Program-made: the position numbers and the translations under genes | Part shown: positions 51,530 to 61,027 of the stretch, one piece after another | Layout of the letters: every line of letters begins with the position of its first letter | Numbering within the stretch: the stretch's first letter is position 1 | Notes under the pieces: model-generated | The model's input: only the letters and a program-made list of their open reading frames with translations | What the model was told of the DNA's origin: nothing | The model's database searches: none | Assembly: GCF_022340605.1 (NCBI RefSeq) | Contig: NZ_JAJDNQ010000064.1 | Span: 1,586-65,585, forward strand | DNA: 64,000 nucleotides | Reading direction: 5' to 3' | Source of the DNA: Thiohalocapsa sp. | GTDB lineage: Bacteria > Pseudomonadota > Gammaproteobacteria > Chromatiales > Chromatiaceae

Positions 51530-52569
51530 GGGAGCGCCCGCCTACTCTTCAGTACCAGCACCAGGAAAAAAGGTGCGCCAACCAGCGCGGTCACCACGCC
51601 CAGCATCAGCTCCCGTGGCGTGTCCAGCAGCCGAATGGCCAGGTCCGATGCCAGCACCAGCAGCGCGCCGCCGATCGCGCTCGGCAGCAGCAGCCGGCCG
51701 GGCCGATGCTGCACCAACCCCCGCAGCAGGTGCGGCACCACGAGCCCGACGAAGCCGATGGTGCCCGTCACCGACACACAAGCGCCTACCGCCAGCGCGG
51801 AGCCGGTGATCACCAGGCCCTGCAGCCGGGACAGGGTGACACCGAGGCTCACGGCCTCGCCTTCACCGAGGGTTAAGAGCGTCAGCGCCGGCGCCGCCGC
51901 CAGCAGCAGCGCGAGTCCGGCGGCCACGAAGGGCAACACCAGGCGCACATCCGCGAGGCTACGGTCGGCAATGGAGCCCAGCAGCCAGAGCACGATATCC
52001 TGCACGCTCGACGGGTTGGGCGCCAAGTTCAACGCCAGCGAGGTAAGCGCCCCCGCCAGGGACGACAGCGCCACGCCCGCCAGAATCAGGGTCAGGTTGG
52101 AGCTGCCGCCACGGGTCAACAGGTAAAGCAGCAGCGTCGCCAGCAGTGCCCCGGTCATCGCCGCCGCCGGCAGCGCCCAGAGGCTCACGGCAGTGAGGCC
52201 GAAATAGAGCGCCAGCACCGCGCCCAGCCCGGCGCTGGCAGAGATACCGAGCAGGCCCGGCTCGGCCAGCGGGTTGCGCAGGAGCCCCTGCAATGCGGCG
52301 CCGGACATGCCGAGCGACGCGCCCAGCAGCCAGGCCAGCAGAACGCGCGGGAGGCGAATCTGCTGCACGATCAGCACCTGCTCCGTCGGCCCCGTGCCGA
52401 GCAGGCCGCCCAGCACCTCGCCCCAGCTCAGCGGCGCCGCGCCGAAGCCGAGCGACAGCAGGCTCAGCGCCAACAGCGCCGCCATCAAGATGCCCATGAG
52501 CCCGAGTTGCTCGGGTAAGGCATGAACTCGTCGCGCGACTGCCATTGGGTCCATAACGGCCGTCGTCAC
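51526..52569 (-). CDS. FecCD/BtuC family ABC permease
   Basis: IRLPR, QGLLRNPLAEPGLLGISA, LGEGEAVSLGV, IGFVGLVVPH; GTGA overlap with the upstream gene. Confidence 0.93.
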   Translation of the reverse strand: MTTAVMDPMAVARRVHALPEQLGLMGILMAALLALSLLSLGFGAAPLSWGEVLGGLLGTGPTEQVLIVQQIRLPRVLLAWLLGASLGMSGAALQGLLRNPLAEPGLLGISASAGLGAVLALYFGLTAVSLWALPAAAMTGALLATLLLYLLTRGGSSNLTLILAGVALSSLAGALTSLALNLAPNPSSVQDIVLWLLGSIADRSLADVRLVLPFVAAGLALLLAAAPALTLLTLGEGEAVSLGVTLSRLQGLVITGSALAVGACVSVTGTIGFVGLVVPHLLRGLVQHRPGRLLLPSAIGGALLVLASDLAIRLLDTPRELMLGVVTALVGAPFFLVLVLKSRRALP

Positions 52570-53453
52570 GGCGCCGGCCCGATGTCCAGCGCCCGCACCT
52601 GCGTCGCGATGGCCGCCGCGGCGCCGACCAGCTCCAACCCGCCACAACCCCAGATACGGCTCGGCAGCCGCACCCGCGGCGTGCGCGCCAGGAGCCTTTG
52701 CAGCAGTGGATGCCGCGCGTAGGCCGAAGCGCTGAGTGGCTGCTGCTGGTCGAAATAGCCGAGCAGGAAGACGTCCGGCGGATGCAGCACGATCTCTTCT
52801 AACGGAAAGACGCCCCAGCCCGCGCGACCCGCCTCCGCAGCCACGTTTCTGAGCCCGAGCCGGTGCAGCACGTCGTCCACATAGGTATCCGTACCGGCAC
52901 TCCCGCCGCCGGGCCGCAGATAGAGCGAGCGCAGCGCGGGCAAGTCCCGTCCCAGCTCCCGCATGCGCCGCGCGGCCGCGTCCGCGACCGCGGCGCCCTC
53001 CTCGGCGCGGCCGATCTTCGCGGCAACCTTGCGCGCCGTTGCCAGCGCATCGTCCCAGTCGGTCGGATAGGGCACCGGCAGGATCTCGATATTCTGCCCT
53101 TGCAACAGGCCCCGGAAACGGCCGCCGCTCCAGCCGAGATAGACCAGCGCAATGTCGGGCTGGCGATAGAGCAGATCCTCGACGCCGCCCTCGTTGCTGG
53201 GATAGGCCGCGGCGAGCCCGGCGATGGGCGAGATGGCCGGGTCACGGCTGTCCCGCGACAGCGAGACGATCTGCTCCGGCGCCGCCACCGACACCAGCAG
53301 CAGATCGGCGCACAGGTTGGTGCTCATGACCCGCGGCAGGCTGCCGCTTGCCCCATCGACGGCGCATGCCGCGGTCGACACCAGCCAGCACGCGGTCAGC
53401 AACAGCAGGCACCGCAGCCGGAACCGCATCGGAGTGAAGAAAGGACGGCGCAT
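52566..53453 (-). CDS. Periplasmic binding protein (BtuF-like, probably cobalamin)
   Basis: Signal peptide, RVMSTNLCADLLL, EDLLYRQPD, LGLRNVA, WGCGG. Confidence 0.85.
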   Translation of the reverse strand: MRRPFFTPMRFRLRCLLLLTACWLVSTAACAVDGASGSLPRVMSTNLCADLLLVSVAAPEQIVSLSRDSRDPAISPIAGLAAAYPSNEGGVEDLLYRQPDIALVYLGWSGGRFRGLLQGQNIEILPVPYPTDWDDALATARKVAAKIGRAEEGAAVADAAARRMRELGRDLPALRSLYLRPGGGSAGTDTYVDDVLHRLGLRNVAAEAGRAGWGVFPLEEIVLHPPDVFLLGYFDQQQPLSASAYARHPLLQRLLARTPRVRLPSRIWGCGGLELVGAAAAIATQVRALDIGPAP

Positions 53454-53493
53454 TGCCAACGATGTTAGCGCAGCCAGCGGTACCGCAGGGCGG

Positions 53494-54414
53494 TCAGTCG
53501 GATGCGCGCCGCTGAGCTCGGATGCCGCGCCACAGTGGCAGCAGCAGATAGTCGATGACGGTGACGCCGACCGCGGCAACCGCGAGCGCTTTAAGTGGCA
53601 AGGCCATGGCCGTATAGCCGCCATCATCGAACCAGAGGCTGACGCTGACGATGGCACCCAGCGTCACGAAGACCAGGTGCACCGCACCGTGATAGATGCC
53701 CCACGGGCTCCGCGCGGCCAGCCGCAACCCGATCCAGGCCGCGAGCCAGCCGCCGCCGAGGCCGAAGGCGACGTCCACCGGCCAGTGCACGCCGACCGCG
53801 ATACGGCTGAGACCAGTGAGCACGGCGAGCACCAGGAACAGCAGCCGCCAAGGCAGGCGCCGCGCGAACAGGAGCAACACGCCGAAGAACACCCCCGCCG
53901 TGACACTGTGCCCGGACGGGAAGCTCTCGTGCTTGAGGGCCGGGCCGAACAGGTGGAACGCATCCGGCGCCAGCACCGCCGGCGGCCGCGCGGCGTCCAC
54001 CAGCGGCTTGAGGCCCCGCGAGTACAGGACCGCCACCAGCGCCGCGCAGATCAGCGTCCAGAACACTCGCGGGTGTCGCCGGGCCACGAACAGGCTGAGC
54101 GCGAAAGCCACGTGCTCGTTGCCGAGCGATGTGAGCCCCTGCCAAAGCCAGCCCGGCAACAGGGCGGCCGCCGCATTGAGGCGCACGAAGCCGGCGTGAT
54201 AGCCCGCGAGCAGCCAAAGCGCCGTGCCGAGCGCCAGGGCGGCGAGTGCCGCAGAGATCAGCCAGGCCTGGCTCGCGGTGGTCGATGCCGGATCATCCCG
54301 CGCGGCACCGTGCACCAGCGCGAGCCGCAGGTCTTCGGTCAAGGCCGCGGCGATGCGCCGCAATGCCGTCGGCTTGCGCGGCGCCGTGCCATCGGTGGGC
54401 AGGTCGTCAGTCAC
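53494..54414 (-). CDS. PAP2 family membrane phosphatase
   Basis: KPLVDAARP, SFPSGH, SRIAVGVHWPVD catalytic motifs. Confidence 0.93.
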   Translation of the reverse strand: MTDDLPTDGTAPRKPTALRRIAAALTEDLRLALVHGAARDDPASTTASQAWLISAALAALALGTALWLLAGYHAGFVRLNAAAALLPGWLWQGLTSLGNEHVAFALSLFVARRHPRVFWTLICAALVAVLYSRGLKPLVDAARPPAVLAPDAFHLFGPALKHESFPSGHSVTAGVFFGVLLLFARRLPWRLLFLVLAVLTGLSRIAVGVHWPVDVAFGLGGGWLAAWIGLRLAARSPWGIYHGAVHLVFVTLGAIVSVSLWFDDGGYTAMALPLKALAVAAVGVTVIDYLLLPLWRGIRAQRRASD

Positions 54415-55993
54415 CGCCGGACTCCGGGAAGGTCGCCAGCGCCACCGGTCCCCGCCGATAGACCTCCACCAGCTTGTCGCCCCGCCGGGTGGCGGCGAGG
54501 TCGTCCAGCTTGTCGACGCGCAGGAAAATCAGCTCGCCGGGCTCGGGGTGGGACGTCCAGGGAGTGATGGCGTCACGATAGACGCTGAAGCTCGGCATGC
54601 TGGTGCGGTACACGACCGTGGGCAGGTCCAGCTCCCGTGCCAGCAGCCCGGCCTCCTTCACCGGCGTCTGCATGACCTCGAAGACCCGCGGCACCAGCGC
54701 GCCGAACACCACCAGTGTCTGCACCGCGCCCGCCAGCAACAGTCGCTGCCAAAGCGCGATGCGCCCATAGAACGCCAGCACCACCATGATCGCCAAGCCG
54801 GCAACGGTCGTCATCACATACGCCCAGTCCAATACCTGCGCGCCCTCCGCGAACATGGCCTGCTCGTGGGCGCGGTGCGCCTGCGCCGACAGCGGCCCCA
54901 GCAGCAGGGGCAGCACCACCAGCAGGGCCATGAACGCCAGCGGCGGCCCGAAGGCGAGCCAGCGGTTGGTAAGCGCCTGCCGGTGCCGCGCCATCAGGAT
55001 GAACAGCGGCGTGATGCCATAGACCATGTAGTGCGGCAGCTTCGTATCCGAGAACGAGAAGGTGACGAAGACGGCGACGAACCACAGCACCAGGAAGCGA
55101 TCCAGCCGGTCGGACCAGAGCCGCCGCACCAACGGCAATAGGCGCAGGAACCAGCCGGTGAAGGGCAGCAGCACCAGCGGCAGCATGACGAAGTAGTAGC
55201 CCGGAAAGCCCGAATGCCCATGCTTCACCCCGCCGAATCGGCCGATGTTGTCGTTCAGGAAGAAGCTGCGGAAGAAGCCGGAGCCGTCGTCGATGTAGAT
55301 GGCCAGATACCAGGGCCCGGCGACAGCCAGGAACACGAGCCAGCCGGCCGGCGCGAACACGGCGCCGAGCCAGTCCTTGAGCCTGCCGAGCGAGAGGCAA
55401 TAGGCAAAGCTCACCAGCAGCGGGAAGAACACCGCCACCGGTCCCTTCGTCAAAAAGCCCAGCCCCAGCCACAGATAAACCCGCAGCAGCAGGCCGCGAC
55501 GCGGCGCCTCCAGGTAGCGGTAGATGTCGAAAAAGGCCACCGCGATGAACAGGTTCAACACCGCGTCCGCCACCGCCGCCTTGCCGATGATGGGCACCTC
55601 CAACCCAAAGGCCATGATGAGCGCGGCCACTGTCGCCGTGGCCGCGTCGAGCCGCGCTCGCGTGAAGCCCCACAGCGCCACCAGCCACAGGGTCGCGGCG
55701 ATGGCCGACGGCAGGCGCAGCGCAAACTCGTTCAGGCCCAGCGCCGAGACCGAGGCCGCCTGAAGCCAGTAGATGAGCACCGGCTTTGCGTAACGCGGCT
55801 CGCCGTCGCGATGCGGCGTGATGAAATTGCCGCTGTCCAGCATCTCGCGGGTGGCCTCGGTGAAGGCGCCCTCGTCGAGGTCGTAGAGCGGCACCGCGCC
55901 GAGCTGCCAGAAGAAGGCGAGCCAAACCGCCAGCGCCAGCAGCAGCCAGGCCGCCGGCGGCTGGAGCGGTTTGCGCAACGGATTGACGCTCAT
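54407..55993 (-). CDS. ArnT-like (GT39/GT83) lipid-linked sugar transferase
   Basis: YDLDEGAFTEATREM, KPVLIYW, RLPSA, LTKGPVA, TKLPHY; multiple TMs. Confidence 0.92.
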   Translation of the reverse strand: MSVNPLRKPLQPPAAWLLLALAVWLAFFWQLGAVPLYDLDEGAFTEATREMLDSGNFITPHRDGEPRYAKPVLIYWLQAASVSALGLNEFALRLPSAIAATLWLVALWGFTRARLDAATATVAALIMAFGLEVPIIGKAAVADAVLNLFIAVAFFDIYRYLEAPRRGLLLRVYLWLGLGFLTKGPVAVFFPLLVSFAYCLSLGRLKDWLGAVFAPAGWLVFLAVAGPWYLAIYIDDGSGFFRSFFLNDNIGRFGGVKHGHSGFPGYYFVMLPLVLLPFTGWFLRLLPLVRRLWSDRLDRFLVLWFVAVFVTFSFSDTKLPHYMVYGITPLFILMARHRQALTNRWLAFGPPLAFMALLVVLPLLLGPLSAQAHRAHEQAMFAEGAQVLDWAYVMTTVAGLAIMVVLAFYGRIALWQRLLLAGAVQTLVVFGALVPRVFEVMQTPVKEAGLLARELDLPTVVYRTSMPSFSVYRDAITPWTSHPEPGELIFLRVDKLDDLAATRRGDKLVEVYRRGPVALATFPESGGD

Positions 55994-57063
55994 AGTGCCT
56001 CCTTCCAGGCAGCAGTCTTCGGGTCCGTCTGCCAACGGATGCAGTGGTGCGTGCGCTCCCCCGTGGCGAAGAAGGTGCGCGCGAGCACCTCCGCCAGTAT
56101 GCCGGTGGTCAGGAACTGGATCGACGCCACCAGGAACAGGATGGCGACGAAGAGCATAGGCCGGTGGCCGATGTCCTCCCCCAGACCGAACTTGACGATC
56201 ACGAGCCAGCCCATCATCAGCCCGCCCACGGCTCCGAACACGAGCCCGATGGCGCCGAAGAAATGCCCGGGCCGTGCGCCGTAGCGCAGGAAAAAGAACG
56301 CCACCAGCAGATCCAGCAGCACCCGGAAGGTGCGCGAGATGCCGTACTTGGACTCGCCACGCTCCCGTGCCCGATGGCCGACCTCGGTCTCGCCGATACG
56401 CTCCGGCGCCGTGATGCCGGCCACCCAGACCGGGATGAACCGATGCATCTCGCCGAACAGGCGCACCTCCTTGATAATCTCGGCGCGATAGACTTTGAGG
56501 CTGCAACCGTAGTCGTGGAGGTCGACGCCGGTGACGCGGCCGATCAGCGCATTGGCGATGCGCGACGGCAGCTTGCGTTGCACCAGTGCGTCCTGGCGAT
56601 TGCGGCGCCAGCCCTGCAGCAAGTCCAGATCGCGGTCGATGAGCTCCTCCACCATCCGCGGGATGTCCGCCGGGTCGTTCTGCAGGTCCCCGTCGAGGCT
56701 CGCCACCAGGTGGCCGCGCGCGGCGTCGAACCCCGCCTGCATCGCCGCCGTTTGGCCGAAGTTCCGGCGGAAGCGGATCACGCGCACGTGCGGCCCGTAG
56801 TGGCCGGCGGCATCCTGCAGCCGCTCTCCGGTGCCGTCGCGGCTGCCGTCGTCCACCAGGATCAGCTCCCACGGATGCCGATACGCCGCGAGTCCCTCGT
56901 GCACCCGTTGCACCAACGGCGCCACGTTATCGGCTTCCTCGTAGAGCGGAATAACCACGGACAGGCTGCGTGGGTCAGTGGCCGGACCTGTCACTAAATC
57001 AAACGCAAGCGAGGCCGAGAGAGACGCCGCCTCCGGCACGGCATGGGGGTCGGGCTGGATCAT
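55990..57063 (-). CDS. GT2 polyprenyl-phosphate glycosyltransferase (ArnC/GtrB-like)
   Basis: SVVIPLYEE, VDDGSRD, RNFGQTAA, DGDLQNDP, DYGCSLK, GEMHRFIP, two C-terminal TMs. Confidence 0.93.
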   Translation of the reverse strand: MIQPDPHAVPEAASLSASLAFDLVTGPATDPRSLSVVIPLYEEADNVAPLVQRVHEGLAAYRHPWELILVDDGSRDGTGERLQDAAGHYGPHVRVIRFRRNFGQTAAMQAGFDAARGHLVASLDGDLQNDPADIPRMVEELIDRDLDLLQGWRRNRQDALVQRKLPSRIANALIGRVTGVDLHDYGCSLKVYRAEIIKEVRLFGEMHRFIPVWVAGITAPERIGETEVGHRARERGESKYGISRTFRVLLDLLVAFFFLRYGARPGHFFGAIGLVFGAVGGLMMGWLVIVKFGLGEDIGHRPMLFVAILFLVASIQFLTTGILAEVLARTFFATGERTHHCIRWQTDPKTAAWKEAL

Positions 57064-57277
57064 GGATGCTGCTGACTGCTTAGGCCGCGGCGGCGGCGTG
57101 GCGGGCAGCTTAAGCGCAGCGCCTCAAAGCGTCCAGAGATTGGGCGGGTATCGGGCGCAACGCCGAAGTCGGGCGGATGGGTGACGCGGGTCGGACCCCG
57201 TCGGGCCGCGGGCGGGGGCTATGCTATCGTCTTGGTGCCAATTACATGGTGCAAAGCACCAGTTGCACCTCCATGCC

Positions 57278-58327
57278 ATGAACGAGCCCGAACGCCTCAT
57301 CAGCCCCGCCGAAGCCACCGACGACGGCGCGCTAGACCGCGCCATCCGCCCCCGTCGGCTCGCGGACTACGTGGGCCAGCCAGCGGTGCGCGAGCAGATG
57401 GAGATCTTCATCGGTGCCGCCCGAGGCCGCGGCGAGGCTTTGGACCATACGCTGATCTTCGGTCCGCCGGGGCTCGGCAAGACCACCTTGTCGCACATCA
57501 TCGCCCACGAGATGCAGGTGAACCTGCGCCAGACCTCGGGGCCGGTGCTGGAGAAGCCGGGCGACCTCGCCGCGCTGCTTACCAACCTGGAGGCGGGCGA
57601 CGTGCTCTTCGTGGATGAAATCCATCGCCTGAGCCCGGTGGTCGAGGAGATCCTCTACCCCGCCATGGAGGATTTCCAGCTCGACATCATGATCGGCGAG
57701 GGGCCCGCCGCGCGCTCCATCAAGTTGGACCTGCCGCCCTTCACGCTGGTGGGCGCGACCACCCGCGCCGGGCTGTTGACCAGCCCGCTGCGGGACCGCT
57801 TCGGCATCGTCCAGCGCTTGGAGTACTACAGTGCCGAAGACCTGACCTGCATCGTGCAGCGCTCGGCGCAGATCCTCGCTATCCACGCCGAGCCCGCGGG
57901 CGCCGCCGAGATCGCCCGGCGCTCCCGCGGCACGCCGCGCATCGCCAACCGGCTGCTGCGCCGGGTGCGGGACTTCGCGCAGGTGAAGGCGGGTGGGCGT
58001 ATCACCCTCGAGGTCGCCGACCAGGCGCTCGGCATGCTCAAGGTGGACGGTCTCGGCTTCGACCATATGGACCGCCGCCTGCTGCAGGCGGTCATCGAGA
58101 AGTTCGACGGCGGTCCGGTGGGCGTCGAGAGCCTGGCCGCGGCCATCGGCGAGGAGCGAGGCACCATCGAGGACGTGCTGGAGCCCTTCCTCATCCAGCA
58201 GGGCTACCTGGTGCGCACGCCGCGCGGACGCATGGCGACCCAAAGTGCCTATCGACACTTTGGGATGGCGCAGCCGCGGCGGGATGCGGGTTCGATCGCT
58301 GATCTGTTCGAGCAGTCACAGGACTGA
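57278..58327 (+). CDS. ruvB: Holliday junction branch migration helicase RuvB
   Basis: [53 protein letters not shown]. Confidence 0.99.
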   Translation: MNEPERLISPAEATDDGALDRAIRPRRLADYVGQPAVREQMEIFIGAARGRGEALDHTLIFGPPGLGKTTLSHIIAHEMQVNLRQTSGPVLEKPGDLAALLTNLEAGDVLFVDEIHRLSPVVEEILYPAMEDFQLDIMIGEGPAARSIKLDLPPFTLVGATTRAGLLTSPLRDRFGIVQRLEYYSAEDLTCIVQRSAQILAIHAEPAGAAEIARRSRGTPRIANRLLRRVRDFAQVKAGGRITLEVADQALGMLKVDGLGFDHMDRRLLQAVIEKFDGGPVGVESLAAAIGEERGTIEDVLEPFLIQQGYLVRTPRGRMATQSAYRHFGMAQPRRDAGSIADLFEQSQD

Positions 58328-58434
58328 CGCCCCATCCCCGGGATCAGCCGAGCTTCCATCGCTGGCTCCAGGCGCGAGCCGACGCGCTGCACGCCCGCGG
58401 CCCCGACCCCGACCTGATGCGCTGGCGGATTTCG

Positions 58435-59082
58435 TCAGCACCGGCGCTTGCGCAGCCACGCCAGCATGCCGAGGCCGGACATCACCAGCGGCAGCGTCGC
58501 GGGCACGGGCGCATCGGCGGGGGCATCGAAATAGACCTGCTGCCCGGTCGCAGCGAGGACATCCAGCGAGATTTCACTGATGGCATCCAGGTCGATGCCG
58601 AAGCCGGACACCAAGAACGATACCGGTCCGGGCGCCGCGGGACTCGCCGAGTTGGAGATGACTTTGGAGTCGGTCAGCGAGCCGTCGCTCACCGTCAGGC
58701 TCGCGTCGTAGAAGGCGCCATTCAGAGAACCTGCGAAGATGAGGTCCAGGGTCGTACCGGGCGCCGAGAGGTCGATGGTGCCGGCGGTGGGTGTGTAGAC
58801 GATCCTGCCCGCCATGGTGCCAACGCTGCTCGCGCTGAACGTTGCCGTCCCGGCGCCGCCGTCGATGGCGACTGACGACCCCGTGGAGCCGATGCCGTTC
58901 ACCACCAGTTGCCGGTTGAAATCACCGACATTGATGATTGGTCCAAGCTCGTCGACGGGACTCGTGCTCAGGTTGACCAGCGAGGCAGAGACGCTGTAAT
59001 CGTCGATCCACATGGCATGAGCGGGCCCGGCGAGCAACCAGGTGACCGCGGCCAGCGTGGCAGGCAACCCGAATTTCTTCAT
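58435..59082 (-). CDS. Exported protein with PEP-CTERM/VPLPA-CTERM-like sorting tail
   Basis: Signal MKKFGL...PAHA; Ser/Thr/Gly/Asp-rich beta body; tail APVPATLPLVMSGLGMLAWLRKRR. Confidence 0.88.
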   Translation of the reverse strand: MKKFGLPATLAAVTWLLAGPAHAMWIDDYSVSASLVNLSTSPVDELGPIINVGDFNRQLVVNGIGSTGSSVAIDGGAGTATFSASSVGTMAGRIVYTPTAGTIDLSAPGTTLDLIFAGSLNGAFYDASLTVSDGSLTDSKVISNSASPAAPGPVSFLVSGFGIDLDAISEISLDVLAATGQQVYFDAPADAPVPATLPLVMSGLGMLAWLRKRRC

Positions 59083-59137
59083 AGCACCACCCAGAGCGTG
59101 ACCAAGCGCAGAGCCGCCGTCGCCGGCGGCCCCCTGG

Positions 59138-59180
59138 ACAGTACCGAGCCCGCCGCGGACAGCCTGTGATGCGGTTCACA
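59138..59180 (-). promoter_or_regulatory. Class II CRP-family-activated promoter
   Basis: TGTGA-TGCGGT-TCACA (59165-59180) and minus-strand -10 TACTGT (59143-59138); site centre at -41.5. Confidence 0.75.
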
Positions 59181-59254
59181 GGCGACCGGCGACGTCTCGT
59201 GGCCACGCCGCTTTTCCGGCACGCGCTCGCCGGGAGCGCCGTTAAGCAAACCGC

Positions 59255-59520
59255 TCAGGGCTTGATGTCCAATACCGGCGTATCGGCGAAGGCGTCGATG
59301 TCATCGATCACGATGACGTTGCCATGCACGCCCAGCACCCGGCAGCGGCTGAGCGCAATCAGGTTGGGCCGCATCGGCGCGCGTCGCGAAGACGCCGCGC
59401 AGCGGATTGGCGGGGTTACCGCGTGAGCAGGAGCGCTGTCACGAGGATAGTCATCGCTGCCGGTGTCATGGGAGTGCGCGTGCTTGCGCTCGGTCGATGA
59501 GTCGCGTCGTCGTGGGCCAT
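59255..59520 (-). pseudogene. TrmO/TsaA (YaeB) tRNA methyltransferase remnant
   Basis: RGNPANPLRGVFAT, then a frameshift, then RAPMRPNLIALSRCRVLGVHGNVIVIDDIDAFADTPVLDIKP*; upstream GGAGG + ATG 59520 gives MAHDD...MTILVTALLL in another frame. Confidence 0.8.
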
Positions 59521-59747
59521 CGTGTCACCTCCGCATGGTTTCGCGTCCCTGCATCGGTCGGCCATCTTCCGAACCCATCCCGACTGGGCCGCCCGCGCCG
59601 TCGTGGCCAAAGTCCTGGGCCCCACCACCGGCTCCAGGCGGTCACTATAGGCCGTCACCCCTCCGGCAGGGTATTGTGATCCGTCCCTGTCCCCTTCCCA
59701 ACCCGCCGCTTGGCGTGCCCCGCCCGCGCTACCATGGTGTCGCCGAG

Positions 59748-60974
59748 ATGACCAAGCAGAACGCAGACACTCGTGGCCAGGACGAGGAAGCCGAACAGAC
59801 CCTCTGGGAGCTGGTTCCGGTGCCCGAGTACAGACTGCCGCAGACCCCGGTCGCGAGCGCCGCCCGGGCGCGCTGGGCCTTGCTCAAGCGGCTGTTCGGC
59901 AAGCGCCACGACGACGACCAAACGCCCGTCCGCGCCGAGGCCGACCTGCGCGGGCTGCCCGAAAAGCGCCTGCAGTCCCTCCTCGGGGCCGTAGACTGGG
60001 AGCCCGCCGCGGACGCCTTGCAGCGGAGCCTCGATGATCGCGCCACCGCCGACCCCGTGAGCTTGCTGATCGGCCCGCCGCGCAGCGGATATGTCGAGGT
60101 GCTCCGTTGTTGGGCGACCCGGCAGGGTGCCCGCTGGATCGAGCCGCCGGCGTATCACGACATCCTCGAGGCAGGTGAGGCCTGGCTCGCCGGCTGGCCG
60201 AGTGACGCCCGCTGCTGGCTGCTGCCCCGGCTGGAGCATTGCTGGCTGCGCCATCCGGCCGGGCTAGCCCTGGTCCGAGAGCTGCTCGACCGGGCGCTGG
60301 CCGGGCGGCTGGGGCACGGTGTCATCGGTTGCGACAGCTGGGCCTGGGCGTACCTGCGCTACGTTGCGCCGCTGCCGGGGCGCTCCCCGTTGGCCTTGCA
60401 GGCCTTCGACGGCGAGCGCTTGGCAGCCCTGTTCCACGGCCTGGTGGCGGCGCACGGCGCCGGCCCCGTGCGCTTCCGCAACGCAGAGAGCGGCAAGCTG
60501 GTATTCGCCGTCGATGGGGACGACGAGGGCGGTGGCACGGCGGAGTTGCAGTACCTCGCCGCACGCTGCCGCGGGAATGCCGGGCTGGCCCGTGAGGTGT
60601 GGCGGGCGCGCCTGCGCGCCGAGCCGGAAACCGACGACGGCGCGGCCGGCGACGACGCGAAACCGGCAGGCGACGACGACGCCGCGACCATCTGGGTCGC
60701 GGCCCCCGCCGAGGAGCCACCGCTCGCCGCCGACGTGGACGAGGAACTGGCGCTGGTGCTGCACGCCTTGCTCCAGCACAACGGTCTGCCCGGCGCTCTG
60801 CTCACCGAGCTGCTGCCGCTGCCGAAATTCCGCGTGCAAGCGATCCTGCACCGACTCGCCGGCGCCGGGGTCGTCGCGAGCGCAGAAAGCGGGCACTGGT
60901 ACGTGACGGCGGCCGGCTACGCGGCGGCGCGAGACCTGCTCAAGGCCCAGGGCTTCCTGCTGGACGACTTCTGA
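59748..60974 (+). CDS. Hypothetical protein, degenerate P-loop NTPase-like with C-terminal winged helix
   Basis: Long ORF with native codon usage; LLIGPPRSGY Walker-A-like without Lys; LTELLPLPKFRVQAILHRLAGAGVV wHTH-like. Confidence 0.75.
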   Translation: MTKQNADTRGQDEEAEQTLWELVPVPEYRLPQTPVASAARARWALLKRLFGKRHDDDQTPVRAEADLRGLPEKRLQSLLGAVDWEPAADALQRSLDDRATADPVSLLIGPPRSGYVEVLRCWATRQGARWIEPPAYHDILEAGEAWLAGWPSDARCWLLPRLEHCWLRHPAGLALVRELLDRALAGRLGHGVIGCDSWAWAYLRYVAPLPGRSPLALQAFDGERLAALFHGLVAAHGAGPVRFRNAESGKLVFAVDGDDEGGGTAELQYLAARCRGNAGLAREVWRARLRAEPETDDGAAGDDAKPAGDDDAATIWVAAPAEEPPLAADVDEELALVLHALLQHNGLPGALLTELLPLPKFRVQAILHRLAGAGVVASAESGHWYVTAAGYAAARDLLKAQGFLLDDF

Positions 60975-61027
60975 GTGGCTGCTGACTGAGCGCAGTTCCG
61001 CTTTGGCCCACTTCGGAGACTTGGACG

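Noticed and set aside
53454-53493. Cobalamin riboswitch upstream of the Btu-like genes
   Set aside because: The gap is only 40 bp and no B12-box was seen there or upstream of the GT2 gene
59200-59260. Sigma54 promoter for the CTERM gene
   Set aside because: TTGC is present on the minus strand but there is no GG at -24
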